From the NCBI RefSeq assembly GCF_032444005.1, contig NC_091288.1, positions 40,796,001-40,860,000 on the forward strand: DNA of 64,000 nt. The letters run 5' to 3'. The notes below the pieces were generated by a model. The model searched no databases, was not told where the DNA came from, and saw nothing but the letters and a program-made list of their open reading frames with translations. Positions 27,301-58,760 of this stretch are shown here, one piece after another (within the stretch, counting starts at the first letter, position 1; the number at the start of each line of letters is the position of its first letter). A program made the translations under genes and the position numbers. Origin of the DNA: Ranitomeya imitator (taxonomy: Eukaryota).

Positions 27301-30300
27301 CTAGCCCTAGCCCCAACCCTAACGGGAAAATGGATATAAATACATTTTTTTAATTTTTCCCTAACTAAGGGGGTGATGAAGGGGGGTTTGATTTACTTTT
27401 ATAGCGGGTTTTTTAGCGGATTTTTATGATTGGCAGCCGTCACACACTGAAAGACGCTTTTTATTGCAAAAAATATTTTTTGCGTTACCACATTTTGAGA
27501 GCTATAATTTTTCCATATTTTGGTCCACAGAGTCATGTGAGGTCTTGTTTTTTGTGGGACGAGTTGACGATTTTATTGGTAACATTTTCAGGCACGTGAC
27601 ATTTTTTGATCGCTTTTTATTCCGATTTTTGTGAGGAAGAATTACCAAAAAACAGCTATTCATGAATTTCTTTTGGGGGAGGCGTTTATACCGTTCCGCG
27701 TTTGGTAAAATTGATAAAGCAGTTTTATTCTTTGGGTCAGTACGATTACAGCGACACCTCATTTATATCATTTTTTTATGTTTTGGCGCTTTTATACGAT
27801 AAAAACTATTTTACGGAAAAAATAATTATTTTTGCATCGCTTTATTCTCAGGACTATAACTTTTTTATGTTTTTGCTGATGATGCTGTATGGCGGCTCGT
27901 TTTTTGCAGGACAAGATGACGCTTTCAGCGGTACCATGGTTATTTATATCCATCTTTTCGATCGCGTGTTATTCCACTTTTTGTTCGGCGGTATGATAAT
28001 AAAGCGTTTTTTGCCTCGTTTTTTTTCTTTTTTTCTTACGGTGTTTACTGAAGGGGTTAACTAGTGGGCCAGTTTTATAGGTCGGGCCGTTACGGACGCG
28101 GCGATACTAAATATGTGTACTTTTATTGTTTTGTTTTTTTTATTTAGATAAAGAAATGTATTTATGGGAATAATATAATTTTTTTTTTTTCATTATTTTG
28201 GAATATTTTTTTTAAATTTTTTTTTATTTACACATTTGAAATTTTTTTTTTTTACTTTTTTACTTTGTCCCAGGGGGGGACATCACAGATCGGTGATCTG
28301 ACAGTTTGCACAGCACTCTGTCAGATCACCGATCTGACTAGCAGCGCTGCAGCCTTCACAGTGCCTGCTCTGAGCAGGCTCTGTGAAGCCACCTCCCTCC
28401 CTGCAGGACCCGGATCCGCGGCCATTTTGGATCCGGGCCTGGAGCAGGGAGGGAGGTGAGACCCTCGCAGCAACGCGATCACATCGCGTTGCTGCGGGGG
28501 GCTCAGGGAAGCCCGCAGGGAGCCCCCTCCCTGCGCGGTGCTTCCCTGCACCGCCGGCACATCGCGATCATCTTTGATCGCGGTGTGCTGGGGGTTAATG
28601 TGCCGGGGGCGGTCTTTGACCGCTCCTGGCACATAGTGCCGGATGTCAGCTGCGATAGGCAGCTGACACCCGGCCGCGATCGGCGGCGCTCCCCCCGTGA
28701 GCGCTGCCGATCGCATATGACGTACTATTGCGTCCTTGGGAAGTAAAGCCCACCCCACATGGACGCAATAGTACGTCTAATGGCAGAAAGGGGTTAAGCC
28801 ACGTTCACACGTCCAGAATTTGGTCAGTATTTTACATCCGTATTTGTAAGCCAAAATCAGGAACAATCAGAGGAAAAGTATAATAGAAACACATGCACCA
28901 CTTCTGTATTTATCACCCACTCCTGGTTACAGATGATAAAACAGCAGTAAATCTGCACCAAAATCAGCATGCAATATATTTGGATTTTGTTGAAGATCTG
29001 GGACAGAATCAGAAGCACATTTTTTTTCACAAATAAGCAGAGATCTATGTGCCTCCTATTGTGCTCCAAGACCTTCGGATGTACGGAAATAAACTCTATA
29101 GAAGCATTGAAACAAGTCACCCATTGGAGCATTACACAGCGCCACCAGGGTCACCAACTGTCCAGAAATAGGGCACTTTTCCCCATTCCATAAAAAATAA
29201 ATAAATTGATGCATCCGTAACTTTTTTTTTGTTTAAGGCTGGAGAAATTTGCACACATTATTATGACTGTAATTTTCATGATTTTCCAGTTCATCTTTTT
29301 ATATCAGTGTTATGGGTTGTAGATTTCCAGTACTTAAAGAGGTATTCCCATCTCCAAGATCCTATCCCAATCTGTATTAGGTGTAATAATATTAGCAAAT
29401 AAATCCAATTAGAAATGTAGTATAGTTCTTCTAATTAGTGATGTCACTTACCCCATGTTCAGGGCACTGCAGTAGCTAGGTATCCATGGTTACAACCACT
29501 CATATAGTAACAGTTAGTTGTTAGTGGTTGTATCAATGGATACCTAAGCTACTGCAATGCCTGCACATGTGGTAAGAGACAGCGCTTATCAGAAGAACTA
29601 TACTACATTTCTAATTGGAGGTATTTGCTAATATTATTATTATTACACCTACTACATATTGGGATAGGAACTTGGAGATTGGAATACCCCATTTAATTAT
29701 TTATTATGGCTTTCTAAGGCATCTATAAAAAATGTTGGCTGTCTGGGATTTTTTAAGTTGTCAAGAAAAATACAAAAAGCAAGTTGTCAGCCCCCCGATG
29801 TGCACACAGACCCCTACATGCCCTAGTATGGCTGACCTGCCTTTGTGTGGTGTAACTGAGGTTTACAGGCTTAGCTCAGACCGAGAAAGAAAAACGTTTA
29901 ATGCCAATTCTTCGATTTGATCGTAATATTTTCCTCTAAACAATTATTATGTCAAAACCAGAAATAGGAATAAATGAAGTCACCTTTCTAATCTTCTCCA
30001 GCCTTCGAGTACTAGCTGCTGTATTAACGCATCGTGTGCCGCCACCTGAAACCTGGAAATTAAATGGAAAGTTAATGCGGCATAATGCGGACCCCCAGAT
30101 TGGTGAGAACACATATAATAATGGATATAAAGTCGTTTTCTTACTTCATTAAATTGTGCAAAATGTCCACCATCTCTCCGTCATCTAGAAGATGAATCTT
30201 GTTCTGTGCTACAGTGCGAAGTTCAAGAAATTCCGGATGATCTGGAATTTGCCTAAACGTTCTATATTTTTCTGGATTCCCCTCCTGAAAGTTCCAAAGC

Positions 30301-30488
30301 AGGCTGACGGCGCAGCCCACATGATGGACGGTCAGCGCCGATCTGTTCATGCCGAGCAGCTGGAACACCTGATAGTCCGTGGTGCATGTCTTTAACTGGT
30401 CCAATAAGGAATCCGATTTCACAATATGAGTCTGAAGCAGTCGCAGCGATAACCGGAAGGGACTCCTCCATGGAAACATGGCGGCCAT
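262..30488 (-). CDS. FASTKD1-like tandem paralog (copy B), 12 coding exons in window; last two exons expected left of position 1
   Basis: Exons (minus): 30145-30488, 29984-30052, 24482-24607, 19205-19603, 12554-12664, 11983-12114, 5733-6219, 5498-5612, 4242-4370, 2906-3037, 2182-2286, 262-370. All GT-AG, no stops, same intron phases as copy A. Lengths are identical to A for exons 2-6 and 8-10 (69,126,399,111,132,115,129,132). Motifs LNRAVCIEHPEYRVPWFHEPYC and DFEFMLD. Confidence 0.93.
1003..1296. repeat. Perfect 294-bp palindrome (147-bp arms, no spacer), probably from a Penelope-like/retrozyme-type insertion
   Basis: Symmetry centre ATG|CAT at 1149/1150; position x pairs with 2299-x; flanking direct repeats at 827-848 and 1297-1317. 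Confidence 0.9.
1169..1208 (+). ncRNA. Minimal type I hammerhead ribozyme-like motif (mirror copy on minus strand at 1091-1130)
   Basis: CTGAAGA core (1172-1178), stem II GAAGC/GCTTC, GAAA, palindromic ACGCGT helix III, GUU triplet, 3-bp stem I TTC/GAA. One extra A lies between core and stem II. Confidence 0.5.
1538..2015 (+). mobile_element. Internally deleted Tc1-family DNA transposon
   Basis: TA flanks; TIR CAGTCATGGC..AAGTGTTGGCACC; internal remnant of the transposase C-terminus (IEHLWRDLK...CATKY). Confidence 0.85.
2182..2286 (-). CDS. FASTKD1-like copy B coding exon 11
   Basis: MTSMGQLLQDLLEEILGGERYTKVSVTTPYSYSI; AG/GTAAGA. Confidence 0.88.
2906..3037 (-). CDS. FASTKD1-like copy B coding exon 10
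   Basis: LMELNRAVCIEHPEYRVPWFHEPYC; AG/GTACGT. Confidence 0.9.
4136..4230. repeat. GA/GATA-rich compound microsatellite
   Basis: GAGAGCGACAGATAAAGAGATA-type repeats next to the donor of copy B exon 9. Confidence 0.6.
4242..4370 (-). CDS. FASTKD1-like copy B coding exon 9
   Basis: LLSPSCLMQICYNFAMVKQFPKELINTIFNITFLRQLD; AG/GTAAGT. Confidence 0.9.
4498..5290. repeat. 33-bp minisatellite, ~24 units (copy B intron 8)
   Basis: Unit GGAACTGCAACCCTCGAGTACCCGGCTGTGCAA; the left ~10 units are nearly identical and the right units alternate between two variants. Confidence 0.95.
5498..5612 (-). CDS. FASTKD1-like copy B coding exon 8
   Basis: IHPSSILIVLRPFSFLNYEPPQGGEFF; AG/GTAGGT. Confidence 0.9.
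5733..6219 (-). CDS. FASTKD1-like copy B coding exon 7
   Basis: NLMASFVPSEV...VDEAVLSRIGDIIQQCNL...VTMEDIAK; AG/GTATTT. Confidence 0.9.
6860..7318 (+). mobile_element. Tc1-like transposon 5' fragment
   Basis: ATG at 7015: MGCSRHRSEEQCTLIKKLIGEGKTYKEVQ...GGKRKTT...RRRLCEA (PAI/GRPR-like DNA-binding region), truncated by the minisatellite. Confidence 0.75.
7318..11650. repeat. 46-bp minisatellite, ~55 units in 7318-9844 plus a few units in 11494-11650, split by a Tc1 insertion
   Basis: Unit TATATAATACGGTATACTATTAGTGGCACCTGGAGCGACGACCGCC; ~50-bp degenerate variants at both edges. Confidence 0.95.
9845..11493 (+). mobile_element. Full-length Tc1/IR-DR DNA transposon with frameshifted DD34E transposase
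   Basis: TA target duplication (9843-9844, 11494-11495), ~220-bp TIRs, ATG at 10202 (MRSKELSMQVK), WTDESK / MDNDPKH / SPDLNPIE with 34-residue spacing, frameshifts near both ends. Confidence 0.93.
11983..12114 (-). CDS. FASTKD1-like copy B coding exon 6
   Basis: IFLLLQKYLDICKPLQL...ELQGHLQ; AG/GTAAGA. Confidence 0.88.
12554..12664 (-). CDS. FASTKD1-like copy B coding exon 5
   Basis: LEEKLPTFIDEM...MDSKNNALIH; AG/GTAGGA. Confidence 0.88.
12938..18764 (-). mobile_element. DIRS1-like tyrosine-recombinase retrotransposon, near full length, degenerate
   Basis: Inverted terminal repeats (12938-13109 / 18628-18764) and ICR 13210-13308 complementary to both ends. gag-like ORF 16398-17705; RT 15538-16500 (LPFGLATAPRVFTK, YxDD decayed to HLDY); RNase H (TTDASLLGWGA, SDNATA, HIPGVENWEADFLSR) plus MT-like tail; YR fragments 13371-14416 (HSTR, TFTKHY). 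Confidence 0.93.
19205..19603 (-). CDS. FASTKD1-like copy B coding exon 4
   Basis: SLSHLLVCLQAVSSPSLQERLIEK...PIRD; AG/GTCAGT. Confidence 0.9.
19939..24100 (-). mobile_element. Large non-autonomous piggyBac-like element, truncated at ~24100
   Basis: TTAA|CCCCTT end at 19935-19944; ~390-bp tandem units homologous (reverse orientation) to those in 25070-28793; TTAGGG-like tracts; ~20-bp CCGCACACCGATCCACC repeats at 20270-20600. Confidence 0.75.
20922..21618. mobile_element. Two adjacent PIF/Harbinger-type MITEs nested in a TTAGGG-like tract
   Basis: 20922-21264 and 21275-21618; ends GG(C/A)(T/A)ATGTG(C/T)ACACG...CGTGTGCACATACC/GCC; TTA duplication around the second. Confidence 0.7.
24103..24343 (-). 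mobile_element. DIRS 5' terminal fragment
   Basis: GTGCCTCCTACAGACACTAAGCAAGAACTGG...CCCCAATGAGGCGAAGGAGAAA, similar to 18500-18764. Confidence 0.75.
24482..24607 (-). CDS. FASTKD1-like copy B coding exon 3
   Basis: FDFPTLAKFAVCL...SPLMGQIAGIVDRNLE; AG/GTAAGT. Confidence 0.9.
25070..28793 (+). mobile_element. Non-autonomous piggyBac-like element, copy 1 (3.72 kb)
   Basis: TTAA at 25066-25069 and 28794-28797; CCCCTTT...AAAGGGG ends; ~390-bp tandem units; CCCTAA-like tract 27121-27323; no transposase ORF. Confidence 0.85.
29334..29696. mobile_element. TTAA-flanked palindromic MITE (T2-like)
   Basis: TTAAAGAGGTATTCCCATCTCCAAG...CTTGGAGATTGGAATACCCCATTTAA. A related copy (12876-12937 joined to 18765 onward) is split by the DIRS. 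Confidence 0.75.
29984..30052 (-). CDS. FASTKD1-like copy B coding exon 2
   Basis: FQVAAHDALIQQLVLEGWRRLE; AG/GTGACT. Confidence 0.9.
30145..30488 (-). CDS. FASTKD1-like copy B coding exon 1
   Basis: (MAA)MFPWRSPFRLSLRLL...LTVHHVGCA...DHPEFLELR; acceptor AG directly before the first ATG; donor GTAAGA. Confidence 0.9.
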
Positions 30489-30725
30489 CTATAGAGGGGC
30501 TGGCATTGTATATCTATACCCCTACAATGAAAGTGTTATGGGGGCATTTATCATCAACATATATCAGAACATAAACTTTATCATCTCCAGGGCAATTCTT
30601 GGCAAATTCCTCGTAATAAGGGCTCATTCACACATACGAGAAACATGGACCAATTCTGTCATACAAGGAGAAAGATAAAAATGTTTCTCCACTGAATACA
30701 TTCTGACAATCCAGCCTATGTTTAA

Positions 30726-31010
30726 CCCCTTAGTGACGGAGCCAAATTTTTTTAAATCTGACCAGTGTCACTTTATGTGGTAATAACTCTGCAACGCTTC
30801 AACAAATCCCAGTGATTTTGAGACTGTTTTTTTCGTGACACATTATACTTTATGATAATGGTAAATTTAGGTCGATATGTTTTGTGTTTATTTATATAAA
30901 AAATATCAGAAATTTGAGAAAAATGTTAAAAAATTAGCAATTTTCAAACTTTGAATGATTATCTCTTTAATCCAGATAGTCATACCACAGCAAACTATTA
31001 ATAAATAACC
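30726..31010 (+). mobile_element. Truncated left end of a related piggyBac-like element
   Basis: TTAA|CCCCTT start and similarity to 25120-25400. Confidence 0.6.
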
Positions 31011-31789
31011 AAAACATGAGGAGATGAATGAAAGCAGCACTCACCCGTGATCTTCAATGATAATATAGTCCTTTATTGACCGTGGCGCAACATTCCCAGC
31101 TAGGAACAAGGCAGGTTACAACATGAGGAGGGAGCGGTGAGGGAGGGTGCAGAGACGAGACAGTTTGCATCTCGGCTTTGGGAAAATGGCCGCCGCGATC
31201 TCTAATGCGCACGCGCGGCATCCCGCGGCCATTTTCCTGAAGCCCCGTGCAGCAGAGCACTCCATCTGCGCACGCGCGGCCCCAGGAAGATGGCCGCCCC
31301 CACCGATGCAAGGGATTACAGCGCAGATCGCGCGCTGTGTCTTCACGTGGGCGCAGGGAAGTCGGAACTCTGGACATGCGCACACCACTACGCCACCAAC
31401 GGAAAGCTGGGGAAGAAAAGAGCGCTGTGAACACGCCCACCTGACCAGACCAGCCTGATTGACAGGCGAAACCGGCGACTTTGGTAATGTATTTCTCAGC
31501 ATACATGGGGAATCAGGGTACACTACATACACTATAGTAACGCACAGCGCAGGCCCTATTTAACAGTATTTATAGCTCAATCTCAAAAAACGGGGTGACA
31601 GGTTCCCTTTAATGTCACATACATGGCAGCCTTGTATCTGAGTCATAGGTTCCTCTTTGCACGCACAATTACTGGGCAGGATTCTATTGTGATAGAAAAG
31701 AAAACTATCCCATAATTGATCATATTTATCATTTCCTCCATTCACCCCTCAATCTACCAGCGGCTCAGATCCCCCCATAAATCACTGCA

Positions 31790-32200
31790 CAAGGCAGGAT
31801 CCTCTGACTACAGAGGGACACCATAGAATGGACTTTCTTCATTGTGCGCCGCAGAGTCGCGTCTGTGACGTCATCTTGCAAGCCCTGCATTACACACACG
31901 TCACTTTCTCCCACAACGGAGACGGTGACTGTGAGATTAGGACAGGTGCAGTGTGAGGGGAAGACGCACACGTGTGCACGCAGGAGCGCTGTGTGGTGCA
32001 CACGCACCGATCTTACTCTGCTGGACGGTCGGGGATCCCGGCAGGATTCCTGGTGACTGCCGAGTTGACTTTCACTGACGATCACGTGTAAGGGAAGCGC
32101 CAGACAAGAGAAGCAGATAACCGAACTGCCGATTGTCACAGTGATAGTGATTTCGCCTGCCACCTGCTGGTGACCCAGTGTATTGTGCTGCAGGACAAAG
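31790..32200 (-). promoter_or_regulatory. Putative promoter of FASTKD1-like copy B
   Basis: Locally CpG-rich; carries TGACGTCATCTTGCAAGCCCTGCAT (31866-31890), 23/25 identical to 57993-58017 in the copy A promoter. Confidence 0.55.
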
Positions 32201-33229
32201 TTGTGCTGAGAGAAATTACAGTTGCCAATAGCAACAAGGCATGTTATTTTAATTTAACCAAATCAGGGAAAAAATATATAATACTATCAGACTTGATAAA
32301 GGCTCACTAGTGACAACTCTAGCACAACATTTTACCATTATGGTCGTCCCAAAACAGGAGGATATAAATTGGTAGTAAAATTCTGATGACAGATTCCCTT
32401 TAAGAAAACACTTGTCGATGTTTTGTTTTTGTTTGTTTTTTAGGGGGCGTGGGGTATGGTTGTGCACAAGAAGATCAAAAATGATAAAATTGCTGAAAAA
32501 AAAACCTCTGGCTGTGATAAAAAGTATGTATGGGGCTATAGACAGGACATGGTGCCCGTGCTCACCCGTCCTTTGCTGCAAGCATCAATACTGGGCATGT
32601 TATGTCAGCATCAGACCCATACAATGAGGCAATGGAAGAAGGGGGGGGGGGGGGGGCGCACAGGGGATGGGAGGCGGGAGGGGACGCACAAACTTTATTT
32701 TTAAGGGAAAGAAAAAAAAAAAAAGATTATTCATTCCTTCTCTCAAACGAACGCTGCTGGGAAGAAGGGATGAATACCGGCTTCAGCACCGCACGCAGGG
32801 GACAGCGCTTAACTGTAGCGCTGTCTCCTGCACAGTCCGTGTGGTCCTCAGTCGGCACACGGCTGACGCACGTGTGCCACACTGATGTGCTACGTAAGCA
32901 CACGGACATGGATAATTCCGGTATCGGAATTATCTGGACGTGTGGGACAGGCCTTAAGGGTAGGGGTAGTTGACATCAGATTAGCCACCTGCTGGAACAC
33001 GTGCCCCGATCTCCAGACGTGACGTCACCTGCTCCGCTTGCTTCACAATTCGACAGTGAACAGAGCAGAACGAACCCAATCTGCTGATAATATCTTGGTG
33101 CCAGATACCAGCCATGTTTTTCTTACGTTGTACAGCTATGTTCATTGACCTTTCGCCAAAAATCATGTTGTGCAAGTACTGCTCCTTTGTAATAGAACAC
33201 ACACATATATGAATGAATAAAAAATATAC

Positions 33230-33235
33230 TTTATT
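33230..33235 (-). terminator. Putative polyadenylation signal of FASTKD1 copy A
   Basis: AATAAA on the minus strand ~22 nt after the stop codon. Confidence 0.4.
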
Positions 33236-33256
33236 TACAGGGTTGCACAAAACATT

Positions 33257-55805
<22,549 letters not shown>

Positions 55806-56339
55806 GTCTGGACTGTACGAAAGGCTTAGGACCTTAGAGAAATAAAAATATTCTATGTCTTTTCTTCCAACATCTTCTTAGAAAGTGGATATTCCTGTCT
55901 CCGGAGAAGATCTTGTTACTTTAAGATATGATAAGATACTTTGATTAAAGCCATCTGTAAAGGAAGAGATAAAAAAAAGGAATAATAATAATAATAATAA
56001 TAATAGTGGATCCACAACTTATATGTAAGGCTGTGTTCTTTCCACATACAGATTATACAATCAGCATTTTAACATACTTATTATATGTATTGGTATACAG
56101 GGGGTGCAGACGTTGGTGTACAGTTTAAATAATAGTTGAATGTTATCAATTGTGCATGATTTTCTTGAACAAACCTCATTTTTGATAACTTCCCAATTAA
56201 AAATCAAGTCAATCTGGGTAAGGTCTGGTGACCCATGCAACCGGCAAGACAGCATCTACCTATCCACACAGCATAAAAAAAAAAATATGAATAGACATTT
56301 ATGCCTACATATGCACCCCTGTATATTAGAATATGAAGC

Positions 56340-56500
56340 TTAAAGGGACTCTGTCACCTGAATTTGGAGGGAACAATTTTCAGCCATAGGGGCGGGGTTT
56401 TCGGGTGTTTGATTCACCCTTTCCTTACCCGCTGGCTGCAATATTGGATTGAAGTTCATTCACTGTCCTCCATAGTACATGCCTGCGCAAGGCAAGATAT
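56340..56500 (+). mobile_element. Truncated T2-like MITE end
   Basis: TTAAAGGGACTCTGTCACCTGAATTTGG, related to 37380. Confidence 0.55.
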
Positions 56501-56776
56501 TTTTTTCAGCGATAATATACTTTAAAGATCCGGCCGTGGACCATAGCAATAGAGAAAACTAGTCCAGAAAGTCCAAGTGCCACAGCAGGTGATTGACGGG
56601 TCCCACAATTGCGAATCACCTGATGCAGTGCTGCAAAATACCAAGAAGAGTCAGACTAGTCCAACTATGATCCTCAGCTGAAGACCATGGCTCGGTTTGT
56701 CTATGGTGAAAGACCTGAAGAGATAAAAAAAAACGAGGCACTCCCCTGTGTAACACTGTGGGCAACAGGTCAAGGC

Positions 56777-57069
56777 TAGTGATCTCGTTACTCGAGATTT
56801 CCCGAGCACGCTCGAGTGTCCTCCGCATATTTTTTAGTGCTTGTAGATTTAGTTTTCCTCACCTCAACTGAATGATTTACATCTGATAGCCAGCATAAGT
56901 ACATGTGGGGGTTGCCTGGTTGCTAGGGAATCCCCACATGTACTTATGCTGGCTAATAGCTCTAAATCATTCAGCTGTGGCAAGAAAAACTAAATCTCCG
57001 AGCACTAAAAAATACTCGGAGGTCACAATAGGAGAAATCTCGAGTAACGAGTATATTCGCTCATCACTA
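56777..57069. mobile_element. Probable hAT-type MITE
   Basis: TAGTGAT...ATCACTA ends with an inner inverted CTCGTTACTCGAGATTTC repeat. Confidence 0.5.
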
Positions 57070-57699
57070 ATCAGGGCAAGTCAGAGGGTTGGTCACAACT
57101 ATGTAAAGAGTTAGATATTATCCAATATCCGCCGTATGCAGACCAAATGGAAAGAGGACACAACAAGGAAAGGAAAGATCAGTGAGATGGATCCCGGAAC
57201 CGGGGTTTAAATAAAAATGTTTGCGTAGAACCTACTCGCCCCTTAAGCATACCTGAGGATTAACCTGAGTAAGCAGCAGCGCCCGGGATCCACCGCACTC
57301 CTTTAATGGTGAAAGATCTATAACATGACACTGTCTTCCACAACCTCACCTTTGTATAGAGTTTGGCTGTTCTTCACCCAGGATTAAGCCTCCTGCACGG
57401 CTCTTTCTGTTTCAGTCAACGACTGTATTTTAACCTGCCTATGTAAATGATGATCATTCTCCCTGTATTGTATAATTGTTTATACACACCAACTATAATC
57501 CTACATCATCCATGACTTTGTGCGGGTGTACACATTAGAATCCATGATTTGGTTCATTTATAATAATAAAGTATCAACACTTCTATTTATTAAAGCATTC
57601 TAACTTTGCAGTATTTTTTTCACACACGTCTTTAAACTTTTGCAATTCTTAAAAATCACAAATAAATTCTCCCAGCGATTCCTACTGGCCACCGACCGC

Positions 57700-58760
57700 G
57701 AGCGGTCTGACGAATCAGCAAAAGGCAAAGTGCTGGAAAGTTAGCCCGCGGCGCCTACGTCTAATAACGCCATTTTTGAAACCCTTATGACATTTAATTG
57801 CATTGAACGCTCAGCTCGTTCATCACCAGAATCGTAAATACAAATATCCTTTTCAGTAAATTGAATACAATTAGATAAACATGCTTACACTTGATGAGGA
57901 CGTGATTTGTTTTATTCTTGGACCTTGAGGACAGCTCAAACCCCTGCAGGAGCCGCAAAGACATGTGAGTCGCACACTTCCTGTCGCATAGCTGACGTCA
58001 TCCTGAAAGCCCTGCATACTTCCACAGGGTCACCGCACACAGAGAAGAGCAAGTTTGGTTGAGCTGAAAGACGGACGGACAAGGTGTAACAAGATCTCGC
58101 GAGAATTGCAGGCCAAGTCAGTCACTATCAGTCGAAAGCGAATCATCTCGTTCGTCACCCAACCTGGTCATGTGACCCATATTCGGAGCGGCCATCTTCC
58201 TTAGCAGACTGCTGCAGTTGAGGAACGATTCGATCGGCGTTCGTTGTCTCCTGTCTGTGTGTTCTCCGCGCTCAGTGCTGAGGACTCGGGAGGCGGACCC
58301 GGGCCGGATGGTGCAGTCCTCGCTGTGTTCCCGCACACTTCTGCTTCCGTGAGCCCCTCACCTGCCTCAGACTGCGGGGGAGACTGGCTGAACCTCGTCT
58401 TTGCAGCTCGCACGGTGTCTATCCGCCGTCCGGCCTGAGGTGAGGACGTATTTAATGCGTGCACACGTCGCTTCCTCCTGCAGGGCTGGTTGTGGCCGCG
58501 CATAAGCCGCGTATATCAGTCCTGCTGGGGGTAGAAGGTCCATAACGAACACTTTACTGCAGAACTACAAATCCCAGAATGCACCAGGGACACAAGGCAT
58601 GGCTAATCAGCGCTAAGTTCAAGAAACCTTTCATTCATTGGTGCAGATTAGTAGAACTACACGTCCCAGCATGCATTCCTAGCTATTAGTATTTACAGAT
58701 CCGGACTGGCATCCCTAGGTATGCTGCAGAGCAGGCAAGGCATGCTGGGACTTGTAGTTT
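57700..58760. promoter_or_regulatory. CpG-rich bidirectional FASTKD1/PPIG promoter
   Basis: ETS-like CACTTCCTG (~57976), CRE TGACGTCA (57993-58000), palindrome TCTCGCGAGA (58095-58104), YY1-like GCGGCCATCTT (~58188), and three ZNF143-like ACTACAnnTCCCAGnATGC motifs (58564-58583, 58656-58675, minus 58740-58758), lying between divergent genes. Confidence 0.7.
58170..58439 (+). other. PPIG: Probable PPIG non-coding first exon (5' boundary approximate)
   Basis: CpG-rich segment ending in a strong donor GAG|GTGAGG at 58439/58440; YY1-type GCCATCTT near its 5' end. Confidence 0.55.

Noticed and set aside
27121-27323. True telomere or chromosome-fusion scar
   Set aside because: The tract is degenerate, single-orientation and embedded at the same position in repeated elements
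32200-33250. Remnant of a duplicated PPIG between the paralogs
   Set aside because: No cyclophilin-like coding sequence found by eye
57881-57900. FASTKD1 non-coding first exon donor (minus-strand GTAAGC at 57888)
   Set aside because: Plausible but unsupported without transcript data
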